DNA of 64,000 nucleotides, taken from the NCBI GenBank assembly GCA_965209055.1, contig OZ242374.1:3072001-3136000 (forward strand), given 5' to 3'. This document shows positions 39,718 to 49,146 of the stretch, piece by piece. The notes below the pieces were generated by a model. It made no database searches, was not told the origin of the DNA, and was given only the letters and a program-made list of their open reading frames with translations. Each line of letters opens with the position of its first letter. Position 1 is the stretch's first letter. Source of the stretch: Acidobacteriota bacterium (GTDB lineage Bacteria; Acidobacteriota; UBA6911; RPQK01; JAJDTT01). Made by a program: the position numbers and the translations under genes.

Positions 39718-39749
39718 GTGATGAATCTGCTTTTGGCAGTCCGGAAGGC

Positions 39750-40748
39750 TCAGGTGACCCGCTCGACGAACTCTTCGATTCCGGCGAGGGAGTCGTTGTG
39801 GGTGGACTTGTAGAGCTGCTCCAGGTGCTTGCGGCAATGCTTGGCATGAGGCGCGCCCCGTTGAACGGAGCCGCGGGCGAAAGCCGTCATGGCGTCATCG
39901 ATCCGGTTCTGCTGCCATCGTCCCATGCCGATGTAGAAGTAGGCTTCTCCCCGGAGCCCCCGCGAGGAGGTGGCGCGCAGAGCGCGGCTGTAACTGGAGA
40001 TGGCGCCTCCCCAGTTTCTGGACTCGGCGGCGTTGCGGCCCACCGCGCCGTGGGCAATGGCCGTCTGCGCCTTGACGTACTTGTCCCATTCCGCCTGGGA
40101 GGTGCCCTGCGGTTTCTTGAGCTGGGAGAAGGCCCTGATGGTCTTCCGGCCATATTCGGAAGCCTTTTGCCACTGCTTCTTGGTCACGTAGATATTGGTC
40201 AGCTCGGCCACGATCTGGTAGGTCTCCGCGGGCTTGAGCCCACCGACCGCCTTCTCGCCGTATGAGATGTACTTGGCCTCGTTCTTGGGCCCGTAGGAAA
40301 GGGCCAGGATGTAAGCAAGTCCGGCGGACGGCATCTTGGCGTAGAACTTCTCGCCGTATTGGGCCGCCTTCGGGAGCTGCCGGCTCTGGAATGCGGCGTA
40401 GGTGACCATCTGCAGGGCGTTGGGTTCGTTCGGGTTCAGGGCCAGGAGCTTCTCACCGGCCGAGACCACCTTCCGGTGGTTACCCTGTTTCTGGTACGCC
40501 TGAAGCAACTTCACGTAGTTGCCCAAGCCATACTCGGTGAGCTTCGAATCGGGATTGGCCTTCATGAACCCGATGATGGCGTCCTCGCGCTTACCGAGGT
40601 TCGGTTCGTCGATGGCCGCCTTGTAGACCTGATACTCCTGGATGCTGTAGGGCGTCTGCTGTTGTCCCACCACGGGGCTCAAGACCAGGGCCGTCATGGC
40701 CAAAGCCAATCCGACTGCCAGACCCTTTCGGCGCGCTTTGAATGTCAT
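39750..40748 (-). CDS. Exported TPR protein
   Basis: Signal peptide, multiple helical TPR-like repeats, codon usage typical of highly expressed genes. Confidence 0.8.
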   Translation of the reverse strand: MTFKARRKGLAVGLALAMTALVLSPVVGQQQTPYSIQEYQVYKAAIDEPNLGKREDAIIGFMKANPDSKLTEYGLGNYVKLLQAYQKQGNHRKVVSAGEKLLALNPNEPNALQMVTYAAFQSRQLPKAAQYGEKFYAKMPSAGLAYILALSYGPKNEAKYISYGEKAVGGLKPAETYQIVAELTNIYVTKKQWQKASEYGRKTIRAFSQLKKPQGTSQAEWDKYVKAQTAIAHGAVGRNAAESRNWGGAISSYSRALRATSSRGLRGEAYFYIGMGRWQQNRIDDAMTAFARGSVQRGAPHAKHCRKHLEQLYKSTHNDSLAGIEEFVERVT

Positions 40749-40916
40749 CAATTGCTGTACCCTCCTCATGCAGTGTAATAAGGTTGAGGTTCGAAGCAAG
40801 TGGGAGCGACACTACCACAAGCCGCGTCCCGCGTGCAATATCCCTTCGAGCCGTCGAAGCGGCCTTCCAGGCAACCATCGCCGGCGGTTCGGTCACTCCC
40901 AAGGAAGAGTCGCGTC

Positions 40917-41906
40917 ATGAGTTTCCCGGAACCGCCTCCCGCCCTGGAAAACGTGGATCTGGCCCGTATCGACGGCTCGGACGAGACGCTGGCCATCACA
41001 CCCAATTGGTTTCCCATGCGCCGATTGGCTGCGTCCATCCGGAGCGTGGGCGTGGTCACGCCCTTGCACCTGCAGCCGGCGCCGGGCGGCGATCTGAGAA
41101 TCGCCATGGGGTTTAGCCGCTACCGCGCGGCGCGGGCTTCGGGCGTGCGCGCGGTGCCGGCGTTGGTCCGGACCCGGGCCTCCGACCGGAAACTCTTCGA
41201 CTGCGCGCTGGCCGAGAAAGCCGCCGGCCCGCTTCACGATCTGGAGCGGGCGCGGGCTCTGGTCAAGCTCAGGGAGCAGTTCGGGGTCGAAGAGGAATCC
41301 CTCATCGACCGGTACCTGCCGCTCCTGAACGCGCCGCCCAGCCGCTACCGCCTCCGTTTCCTCCTCCGCCTCGGACGCCTCGACGAAGTGTTGCAGCGCG
41401 CCGTTCACCGGGTCCTGGACCCGGAAACGGCCTTCCGGCTGGCGGCTTGGACGGTTGCGGAGCGGGAGCTGTTTCTGGGACTCCTGACGCGGTATGAACC
41501 GGGCCGAAACCGGCAGCGGGAACTGTTCGACCTGCTGGACGACCTCAGGTCTGCCGAGCGCCGGCGCGGGTCCGAAGGGCTGGACCGGGTCTGGAAGTCG
41601 TCGGGCGCCGGAGAGGCGGATGAGGACGCCGGGACGGTCCGTCCTCTTCGGTTTCGCCGGATCCTGGATTGCCTCCATCGGCTGCGCCGGCCCCGCCTGT
41701 CCCGGCATCAGGATCGCTACCGCCGGCTGAAGGGTGATCTCAAGATCCCCCCCCAGATCCGGTTGCAGGTTCCCCCCTACTTCGAGGGGGATCAGCTCTC
41801 GTTCTCTTTCTCCTGCCGCAATCAGGCCGAGTTTCGCCATCTGGTGGGCAGGCTCGAGGAGATGGGCAACCGTCGGGAGCTGGGACGGATCTTCGAACTC
41901 TTGTGA
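40917..41906 (+). CDS. ParB/Srx N-terminal domain protein
   Basis: LAASIRSVGVVTPL...IAMGFSRYRAA matches ParB box I/II; helical C-terminal part. Confidence 0.75.
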   Translation: MSFPEPPPALENVDLARIDGSDETLAITPNWFPMRRLAASIRSVGVVTPLHLQPAPGGDLRIAMGFSRYRAARASGVRAVPALVRTRASDRKLFDCALAEKAAGPLHDLERARALVKLREQFGVEEESLIDRYLPLLNAPPSRYRLRFLLRLGRLDEVLQRAVHRVLDPETAFRLAAWTVAERELFLGLLTRYEPGRNRQRELFDLLDDLRSAERRRGSEGLDRVWKSSGAGEADEDAGTVRPLRFRRILDCLHRLRRPRLSRHQDRYRRLKGDLKIPPQIRLQVPPYFEGDQLSFSFSCRNQAEFRHLVGRLEEMGNRRELGRIFELL

Positions 41907-41993
41907 CGGTCCATGACGGTCCGTGCGCGGGATTGATAAGCTTTTAGTCCGTCCCCCGTCCTGCGGTGGAAGGGGCGAGCGGAGGCCGACGCC

Positions 41994-43115
41994 ATGGTTT
42001 CGTACAGACCGGACAGGATTTACGTGGAACGCTGCGTGGCGGACTCGTGGGTCACCCGGAACGTGTTGCGGCGGCTTGCAGACACGCCGGTCGAATGGCT
42101 CGACGACTCCCGCGCGCTGTTGTCCGAGTCCCGCCGCTTGAGTCCTTCCCTGGCGGCGGCCAAGAGATCCCTGGTGTTGGCGCGGCACAAGGGGCGCTTT
42201 TTCAAGGATTGCCCGGCCAGCCGGTCACGGGGCGAGCGGAACGTCTGCTGCAACTACTTCGTCGTCAACTACGCCAGCAACTGCCACATGGAGTGCAGCT
42301 ACTGCTATCTCCAGACCCACCTGAATTTTCCCCACCTGGTCGTCTACGCCAACTATCGCGACCTCTTGCAGGAGCTCGAGACACGCTTCCGATCCCATCC
42401 CAAGACTCCCTTCCGGGTGGGGACCGGAGAGTTGGCCGACAGCCTGGCCCTGGATCCGCTGACCCGCTATTCGGTTCCCCTGGTGGAATTCTTTTCCCGC
42501 TTCGATAACGCGATCCTGGAATTCAAGACCAAGTCGGATTGCGTCGACAACCTGATAGGGCTGGAGCATGGTGGACGGACCGTGGTGTCGTGGTCCATCA
42601 ATCCCAGGCCCGTCCAGGAGAGGGAGGAACATCGCACGGCGAGCATCGATCGGCGGCTCAGGGCGGCGGAACGTTGCGTTGCCGGGGGGTACCGGGTCGG
42701 ATTCCATCTGGACCCCATGATCCACTACCCGGGCTGGGAGCGGGACTATGAGGACCTGGTCGACGAGATATTCCGCCGTTTTCCGCCCCGGTCCGTGGCC
42801 TGGATTTCCCTGGGCAGCCTCCGCCTGAGCGCCGGGTTGAAAGCATTCATGAGGTCCCGATTCCCCCGAAGCGGACTTCCGCTGGGAGAGCTGGTCCCGG
42901 TCCCGGACGGCAAGCTCCGCTACTTCTGGCCGATTCGGGTGCAGATGTACCGTTCGACCGTGGAGTGGGTCAGGGACCGCAGCCCCCGGACCCCCGTCTA
43001 TCTGTGCATGGAGCGTCCGGGAGTCTGGAGCAAGGTCTTTGCCCAGGCCCCGCCGGACGAGAAGCGCCTGGGCCGCCGTCTGGCCGGCAACCTGCCGGTT
43101 ACTGCGGCACGGTGA
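41994..43115 (+). CDS. Spore photoproduct lyase-family radical SAM protein
   Basis: NCHMECSYCYLQ (CxxxCxxC), GEL.DSL, EFKTKS, SWSINP, RL.AA and GFHLDP.I. Confidence 0.88.
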   Translation: MVSYRPDRIYVERCVADSWVTRNVLRRLADTPVEWLDDSRALLSESRRLSPSLAAAKRSLVLARHKGRFFKDCPASRSRGERNVCCNYFVVNYASNCHMECSYCYLQTHLNFPHLVVYANYRDLLQELETRFRSHPKTPFRVGTGELADSLALDPLTRYSVPLVEFFSRFDNAILEFKTKSDCVDNLIGLEHGGRTVVSWSINPRPVQEREEHRTASIDRRLRAAERCVAGGYRVGFHLDPMIHYPGWERDYEDLVDEIFRRFPPRSVAWISLGSLRLSAGLKAFMRSRFPRSGLPLGELVPVPDGKLRYFWPIRVQMYRSTVEWVRDRSPRTPVYLCMERPGVWSKVFAQAPPDEKRLGRRLAGNLPVTAAR

Positions 43116-43599
43116 ACCGGAAGCCGTTGATGTCCATCTCGGCGCGGGTGGACATCCAGTCCCGGGGCAGATCCTGGATGTAGAGGGTGAAGCTCCGTTT
43201 CCTCATGGGCTGGATCGGGGCCGTGTAGGCGCCCGGCCGAATTGGAACCCGGGTCGTTTCCCAGACCGGCGTGTCGTAGTTGAAGAAGATCATCTTCATC
43301 TCGACCACGTCCAGCGCCCGCTCCCCCTGATTCTCGATGGTGGCGGAAAAAACGGCCATTCGGTTGCCGGCAATGTTCTTGGCCATCTGGAGGCGGGGCC
43401 GGGTCAGGCTCACGTGTTCCCGATACCAGCCGTAGTCCGAATCCCCTTCCCGGAGCACTCCGGTCAAATCCTCCCGCTGCTGGGGCTTGGGATCATGCAT
43501 GAAGATGACCACACTCGTCAGAAGGATGGCTGCCAACCCGACGGGAATCAGGATTTTCCAATGCTCTTTGGTGCGGGCGGCGGCGTTGGTCTGAAACAT
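43099..43599 (-). CDS. Membrane-anchored Ig-like periplasmic protein
   Basis: Single TM followed by beta-rich 'IENQG.R.L..VE' and 'PIQP...RSF' pattern. Confidence 0.65.
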   Translation of the reverse strand: MFQTNAAARTKEHWKILIPVGLAAILLTSVVIFMHDPKPQQREDLTGVLREGDSDYGWYREHVSLTRPRLQMAKNIAGNRMAVFSATIENQGERALDVVEMKMIFFNYDTPVWETTRVPIRPGAYTAPIQPMRKRSFTLYIQDLPRDWMSTRAEMDINGFRFTVPQ

Positions 43600-43612
43600 G
43601 GTCGGTCTACTC

Positions 43613-44449
43613 CTACTCCTGGATCAGGACAAAATGAACTCTCCGGTTCAAGGCCCAGGACTCTTCCGACTGGCCCGTGTCGAAAGGCCGTTCCTCTCCC
43701 AGGGCGATGGTCGACATGCGGCCGGGATCGATGCCCGCGTCCACCAGAAATTGGCGCACCACCTGGGACCTCTTGTCGGCCAGAGCCAGATTGTATTCGT
43801 CGGTGCCGCGCTCGTCACAATGCCCTTCCAGGACGAACCGGACGTGAACGTTTTCAGGCTGGGAAAACCAGCGGGCGTTGGCCTCCAGGATGGACCTGTT
43901 CTCTGCATCGAGCGCGCTGCTGTCGAAGCCGAAGAAAACGGGCGCGACACTGAGCGGGATTTCATCGTCGCGAGCCGCCGGGAACAGGTCTTCCTGGTCG
44001 ATCGCTCCGCTCCGGTCCGTCGAAACCTCGATCGTCACCAGGCGCTCCACCGTGCCCCCCGGTCCTGTGGCGCTCAGCCGGTAGGAGGTCGTTTCTTCGG
44101 GAAAGAGCTTGATTCTTCCGGACGGATCCACGACTCCGATGCCCTGGTCGATCCGCACTTCGCCGGCGCCCTCGGTCTCCCATGACAGCAGGGCCGAGCC
44201 CCCTGGCCGGATCACGGACGGCTCGACGCGAATCTCCAAGCTGGGCGCCGGGGCAACGGCCGGCTCGGCCGCGTCGGTCCCGGTTGTGGAAGTGCCGGCG
44301 CCGGCGCCCCGGTCGGCGGCGCTGGGAGGAAGGGGGGGCACCCGGTTTCTGCCGCAAGAGGCCCCCGCCAGGACCAGAAGCCCCAAGACCAGGAACGGCA
44401 GAAGACGGGATGGAATCTTGAAGAGGTCCCTTTCAGCGGGTGGAAGCAT
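43613..44449 (-). CDS. OmpA/Pal-family peptidoglycan-associated lipoprotein
   Basis: Lipobox LAGASC; VFFGFDSS, EGHCDERGTDEYNLALA.KR and NRRVHF. Confidence 0.9.
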   Translation of the reverse strand: MLPPAERDLFKIPSRLLPFLVLGLLVLAGASCGRNRVPPLPPSAADRGAGAGTSTTGTDAAEPAVAPAPSLEIRVEPSVIRPGGSALLSWETEGAGEVRIDQGIGVVDPSGRIKLFPEETTSYRLSATGPGGTVERLVTIEVSTDRSGAIDQEDLFPAARDDEIPLSVAPVFFGFDSSALDAENRSILEANARWFSQPENVHVRFVLEGHCDERGTDEYNLALADKRSQVVRQFLVDAGIDPGRMSTIALGEERPFDTGQSEESWALNRRVHFVLIQE

Positions 44450-45704
44450 ACTCAGGTCCGGCGATGATGGTGGTGAAGTTTACCGTATCCAAATGACGAC
44501 GGGCAACCCGCCTCACCTCCTCGGCGTCGACGGCGCGGATCCAATCCGGATACAGGCGGATGAAGTCCGGGTCCAGGCCGAAGCGTTCCGCGGTCAGCAG
44601 AAACCGGGCCACGTGGGCGTTGGACTGGAAACCGAATACGAAGCTGCCGGTCAGATAGTTCCGGGCCAATTCCATCTCCTCTTCCGTAGGTCCATCCTTG
44701 ATGAGACTCTCGATTTCCTTCATGAGTCCGCTCACGGCGGCGTCACGATTCGACGGCGAGGTGCAGATGTAGGCGAGGAACCGTCCCGGATAGCGGCCGG
44801 CCGACCCGGTGAGGTCGCTGTAGGTGGCATAGGCGAGGCCCCGGCGGTCCCTGAGCTCCCGGGGAATCCGGCTGGTGAACCCCGGCCCGCTGCCCAGGAC
44901 GGCGTCCATCACCTGGAGCGCATAGAAGTCGGGGTGGTCCCGGGTCACGCCCAGGTGGCCCAGGCAGACGTGGACCTGTTCCCGGCCCTCCAGGACCCGC
45001 TGCCGCACCCGGGGTGCACGCTGGCGGCGGGGCGCCGGAGGCCGGTTCTTTCGGAAGCGGCCGTTTCGCCACGATCCCAGGCGGCGGTCCACCAGATCCG
45101 CAACCTGTGCGTGACCGGCGTTCCCCACAACCACCAAAACCGTGTTCCCCGGAGCGTATCGCAAGCGGTGAAACTCCCGAATGTCCTCGATCTGCAGCCG
45201 CCTCAACGACGCCGGGGTGCCCAGGCCGGGGAACTGCAGCGGACCGCCGCGGTAGATCTCCCGGTTCAACAGGTTGCTCACCACCACCTGCGGGTCGTCC
45301 TCCAGCGCCTCCAACCGGGTCAGTGCCTTCTCCCGCTCCAGGCCGAATCGTTGCCGGGGGAAGGTGGGGCGGGAAAGCATCTGGGCCGCCAGATCGAGTC
45401 CTTCCGGCAGATCGCGGTCCCTGAGATGGAGCGAGATCCCGGTCAGTTCATGTTGGCAGTAGGTGGAGAGGTTGCCGCCCGCGTCCTCCACCAGGCGGGA
45501 AATGTCGTCGGCCCGGTATTTGGCCGTTCCTTCCTCCAACATCCGTGAAGCAAGGGCCGCCAGTCCCGGCTGCCGGAGCGGGTTCTGGTCGGTGCCGGCG
45601 AGAACGAAGGCGTTGACCGAAACTACGGGTAGACGGTCGTTTCGACAGGTGAGGAGGACCAGTCCGTTTTTCCAGACCCGTCGTTGGAATCCGTCCAGAA
45701 CCAT
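44433..45704 (-). CDS. M16 peptidase, non-catalytic subunit
   Basis: PGLA.L...ML.EGT without HxxEH; SR...ELR...GLAY motif. Confidence 0.88.
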   Translation of the reverse strand: MVLDGFQRRVWKNGLVLLTCRNDRLPVVSVNAFVLAGTDQNPLRQPGLAALASRMLEEGTAKYRADDISRLVEDAGGNLSTYCQHELTGISLHLRDRDLPEGLDLAAQMLSRPTFPRQRFGLEREKALTRLEALEDDPQVVVSNLLNREIYRGGPLQFPGLGTPASLRRLQIEDIREFHRLRYAPGNTVLVVVGNAGHAQVADLVDRRLGSWRNGRFRKNRPPAPRRQRAPRVRQRVLEGREQVHVCLGHLGVTRDHPDFYALQVMDAVLGSGPGFTSRIPRELRDRRGLAYATYSDLTGSAGRYPGRFLAYICTSPSNRDAAVSGLMKEIESLIKDGPTEEEMELARNYLTGSFVFGFQSNAHVARFLLTAERFGLDPDFIRLYPDWIRAVDAEEVRRVARRHLDTVNFTTIIAGPEYASTR

Positions 45705-45731
45705 TTTCGATACTCTCGGCTGCGGGTTGGG

Positions 45732-46994
45732 CTATCCGGTCTCCACGACGCCGACCGTCCAGCGCCGTCCGGACCAGTGCCCGGCCGCGGCCGCCATGAC
45801 CTCCTCGGCGGTCAGCCGGGAGATTCGCTCCACGTAGTCGTTCCAGTATCCCGGGCGCTGCAGCGCTTCCATGGAGGCCAGTTGCATGCATTGGTCGAAT
45901 GTCGTTTCCAGTTCGAAAAGAGACTGGTTGATGCACTGGTTCTTGGCCCGGATCAACTCGTCCCGGGTCAGCGGTTCGGTGCACAGTTGCATGAGTTCGT
46001 GGACGAGGAGTTCCTCGGTCTGCTGCAGGTCGGCATTCTCGCGCAACTCCAGGCGGATCAGCAGGAGGTAGGGGTCGAAGGTGTCGCCCATTTCGGTGTG
46101 GACCAGGGACGCCAGTTGGGTCTCTTCGACGAATTTCCTGTAGAGGCGTGAAAGCCGGCCCTCGGAGAGCACCCGGTCCAGGATCTGAAAGGCGTCGTGG
46201 TCACTCTGATGAATGGAGGGTGCGGGCAGGGCCATCAGCATTCTGGGCACGCGGCTCCGGCGCCGGACTTTGATCCTGACCCGGCCGCTGTCCGCCGCCT
46301 CCCGGGGCGGACGCGGCGGCGGCGGAAGACCGGTGGATGTCTGACGGAAGAGCCGCTCCACCGTCCGGAGAGTGAAGTCCGGGTCCGTGTCGCCGGCGAC
46401 GGCCAGCACGGCGTTCCCGGGGACGTAGTATCGGCGGTAGTGTTCCACCATCTGTTGCACGGTCAGCGCCTCGATGTCCCGGCTCATTCCGATGATGGGG
46501 AAGCGGTACGGGTGCCGCTCGAAGGCCGTCAACTCGACCGACCGGCGAAGTGCGCCCCAGGGATGGTCCTGTTCCATTCTGGATTCTTCGAGGATCACCT
46601 GCCGCTCCAGTTCGAACTCCTGGGGGTCGAAACGATTGTTCGACATCCGGTCGGCCTCGATTTCCAGAGCGCAAACCCATCGGTCGGAGGCAAAGCTGAA
46701 AAAGTAGCCGGTATAGTCCTGCGTGGTGAAGGCGTTGTTGGAGCCCCCATGGAGTGCCGTGATCCGGTCGATCTCTCCGGGGCCGTAGCGTCCGGTGCCC
46801 TTGAACATCATGTGTTCCAGGAAATGGGAAATGCCGGTCCGGCCTGCAACCTCCACTCTGGATCCCACCCGGTAGCAGACCATGGTGGTGACGACAGGAC
46901 TGGTGGGGTCCGGGCGCACCAGCAGGGTCAGACCGTTGTCGAGACGGTAGCGATGGACCGGAGGAACCCGGAAGCCGGGGGTTTGTCCCTTCAA
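45732..46994 (-). CDS. M16 zinc peptidase, catalytic subunit
   Basis: TGISHFLEHMMFKGT, NAFT and ER.VILEE; start uncertain. Confidence 0.92.
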   Translation of the reverse strand: MKGQTPGFRVPPVHRYRLDNGLTLLVRPDPTSPVVTTMVCYRVGSRVEVAGRTGISHFLEHMMFKGTGRYGPGEIDRITALHGGSNNAFTTQDYTGYFFSFASDRWVCALEIEADRMSNNRFDPQEFELERQVILEESRMEQDHPWGALRRSVELTAFERHPYRFPIIGMSRDIEALTVQQMVEHYRRYYVPGNAVLAVAGDTDPDFTLRTVERLFRQTSTGLPPPPRPPREAADSGRVRIKVRRRSRVPRMLMALPAPSIHQSDHDAFQILDRVLSEGRLSRLYRKFVEETQLASLVHTEMGDTFDPYLLLIRLELRENADLQQTEELLVHELMQLCTEPLTRDELIRAKNQCINQSLFELETTFDQCMQLASMEALQRPGYWNDYVERISRLTAEEVMAAAAGHWSGRRWTVGVVETG

Positions 46995-47093
46995 GACCGG
47001 TTCCTTTCGGGGATGTCCCTTCTCCCGGCAACCGGAGATCGCGCGATCTCTTTTGCCCCGCGCTCGCGGGACACTGATACAATGTTTCGATCC

Positions 47094-48509
47094 ATGAGGA
47101 ATCCAGTCCAGCACTCCGGCTCCCGTCCCGGCAGGGCGATCCGGGCGCTTCCGATCCTGGCCGCTGTCATCGCCATGATTATAGCGTCAGCTCCCGGCGC
47201 GCCGACGGTGAAGCTGGCGAAGTTGAGCGTTCCTTCGTTCGAGCGGAAGTCCCTGCTGAACGGGATGGAGGTGCTGATGCTCCCGCCCGGCCCGTCGCGC
47301 CGGTCCTTCCGTCTCATGATCGAGAACGGGGCCGCATTCGATCCGGTGGATAAGTGGGGCATCACCCATCTCACCACCCGGATGTTGCTGGAGGAGACCG
47401 AGATCCGCTCCGGTGACCTGATTCGGCGGCAGCTCGAAAGCCTCGATGCCGAGTTGGAATTCCAGGTCGATTGGGATGCCATTTACCTCTACGGAAACGC
47501 TCCGGAAGGGAATCTCCCCGCGGTCCTGGGACTGCTGGGGGAGATCGTGGTGCGTCCCTTTTTTCGGGAGGAGACCTTCGAGCGGCTCAGGGCGCAGCAA
47601 CTGGAAGAGGTCGAAAACCAGATGAAACGACCGGAAGTGGTCACCCAGAAAGCGTTTCTGGCCAATCTCTTCGGACCGAATCCGTACGGACACGGCGTTC
47701 TGGGAACCGTGGAGACGCTCAACAACCTGGAGTTGAGAGACGTCAAGATCCAATACCGGAAGCTCTTTCTTCCCAACCAGGCCAGACTCGCGCTGCACAC
47801 GTCAGCCGAGCCGCAGGACTTGTTCCGGGAACTGAGTCGCCGCTGGGGCGTCTGGATCCGCGCCGAAGCGGCCCCGTTCACGTTTCGCCGGGCTCCGGCC
47901 GGGCAGGGATGGCGCATTCTGCTGCAAGACCTGCCCGGGGACGAGGCCCTCTTTCGCTGGGGCAGGCTCGGCGTGGAGATGGGCAGCAGGGACTACTACG
48001 CCCTCAAGATGTTGGAGGAGTATCTGACCCTCTCCTTGCCCGGCTTGGCCCGGGTGGTGGAGGCCGAGCAGCAGATCCAGGCCTCCTCCCGGGTGAAGGC
48101 CTTTCGAATGCCGGGATATCTCCAACTGAGCCTCAGAACCTCCTCGGATCGCCTGATGCCTTATCTGAAGGAGTTTCTTCAGACCATGAGCGGACTTCGG
48201 AAGGGCGAGGTGGACTCGTCTCTGATGGAGGAAGCCAGAAGCCTGGCCTATCTTGAATTCCGCAATCGATTGGAAGATCCGGTGGGCCGCCTGACCCGCA
48301 TACTGGACACCAGCCTCTACGATCTGGGTGTCACCTACATCGTGAACTATGGACTCCGCCTGCGGCGGGTGACACCCGAGGACTTTCGCACGCTCCTGAT
48401 GGAGTACCTCTCACAAGACTCTTCGCTGCTCGTCGTCGGTGGTCCCGCCGCTGATCTCAAGCCTGAACTCGAGGAATTGGGGCCGGTTCAAATCTCCACC
48501 GTCCATTGA
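47094..48509 (+). CDS. Exported M16-fold protein lacking HxxEH
   Basis: Signal peptide, L.NGM, G...DP..K.GITHLT.RML and PYG....GT.E.L. Confidence 0.8.
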   Translation: MRNPVQHSGSRPGRAIRALPILAAVIAMIIASAPGAPTVKLAKLSVPSFERKSLLNGMEVLMLPPGPSRRSFRLMIENGAAFDPVDKWGITHLTTRMLLEETEIRSGDLIRRQLESLDAELEFQVDWDAIYLYGNAPEGNLPAVLGLLGEIVVRPFFREETFERLRAQQLEEVENQMKRPEVVTQKAFLANLFGPNPYGHGVLGTVETLNNLELRDVKIQYRKLFLPNQARLALHTSAEPQDLFRELSRRWGVWIRAEAAPFTFRRAPAGQGWRILLQDLPGDEALFRWGRLGVEMGSRDYYALKMLEEYLTLSLPGLARVVEAEQQIQASSRVKAFRMPGYLQLSLRTSSDRLMPYLKEFLQTMSGLRKGEVDSSLMEEARSLAYLEFRNRLEDPVGRLTRILDTSLYDLGVTYIVNYGLRLRRVTPEDFRTLLMEYLSQDSSLLVVGGPAADLKPELEELGPVQISTVH

Positions 48510-48534
48510 ACTGCATTTGGGGCTCGGCTATATT
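48506..48534 (+). promoter_or_regulatory. sigma70-type promoter of the rimP-nusA-infB operon
   Basis: TTGAAC, 17-nt spacer, TATATT. Confidence 0.55.
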
Positions 48535-48630
48535 CTAGAAGACTGCGGCGATTTTTGTCCGGAGCTTGGCAGAGGTTTATTCACCACATTTGGTGGGCCG
48601 GCAACCGCAAGATCGCCCCAGGGTGCGACC

Positions 48631-49104
48631 ATGACGGAATTGGCTGAGAAGGTGGAATTCCTGCTGCGCGGGGCCGTAGAGGAACAGGGGTTGGAACTGG
48701 TTCATGTCCAGTTCCTTGGCCGCCGCCGGAGTCCTTTGTTGAGAGTCTACATCGACAAGCCCGGAGGCGTTACGTTGGAGGACTGCCAGAGTGTCAGCCG
48801 GCAGGCGGGCGTGCTGCTGGACGTGGAGGACCTGATCTCCGGCCGGTACGTGTTGGAGGTGTCTTCTCCGGGTCTGGACCGCCCTCTCTTCCGCGTGGAG
48901 GACTACCGGCGATTCTCGGGACGCGAGGTGCGCCTCGTCACCCGCGAGAAGATCGACAGCCGTCACAAGTTCACGGGTTTCATCCAGGACCTTCGTGACG
49001 GCGTCGTGGAGTTGGACTGCCAGGACAAGACTTACCGGATCCCCTTCGGGATGATCGCCAAGGCCAACCTGGTCCACCGGTTCGCCGACTCGTTCCGGAA
49101 GTAG
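48631..49104 (+). CDS. rimP: Ribosome maturation factor RimP
   Basis: LRVYIDKPGGVTLEDC and YVLEVSSPGLDRPL. Confidence 0.96.
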   Translation: MTELAEKVEFLLRGAVEEQGLELVHVQFLGRRRSPLLRVYIDKPGGVTLEDCQSVSRQAGVLLDVEDLISGRYVLEVSSPGLDRPLFRVEDYRRFSGREVRLVTREKIDSRHKFTGFIQDLRDGVVELDCQDKTYRIPFGMIAKANLVHRFADSFRK

Positions 49105-49146
49105 AATCGGCCGCAGCGGGCGGCAACAGTGAGGATATAGCGAAGC

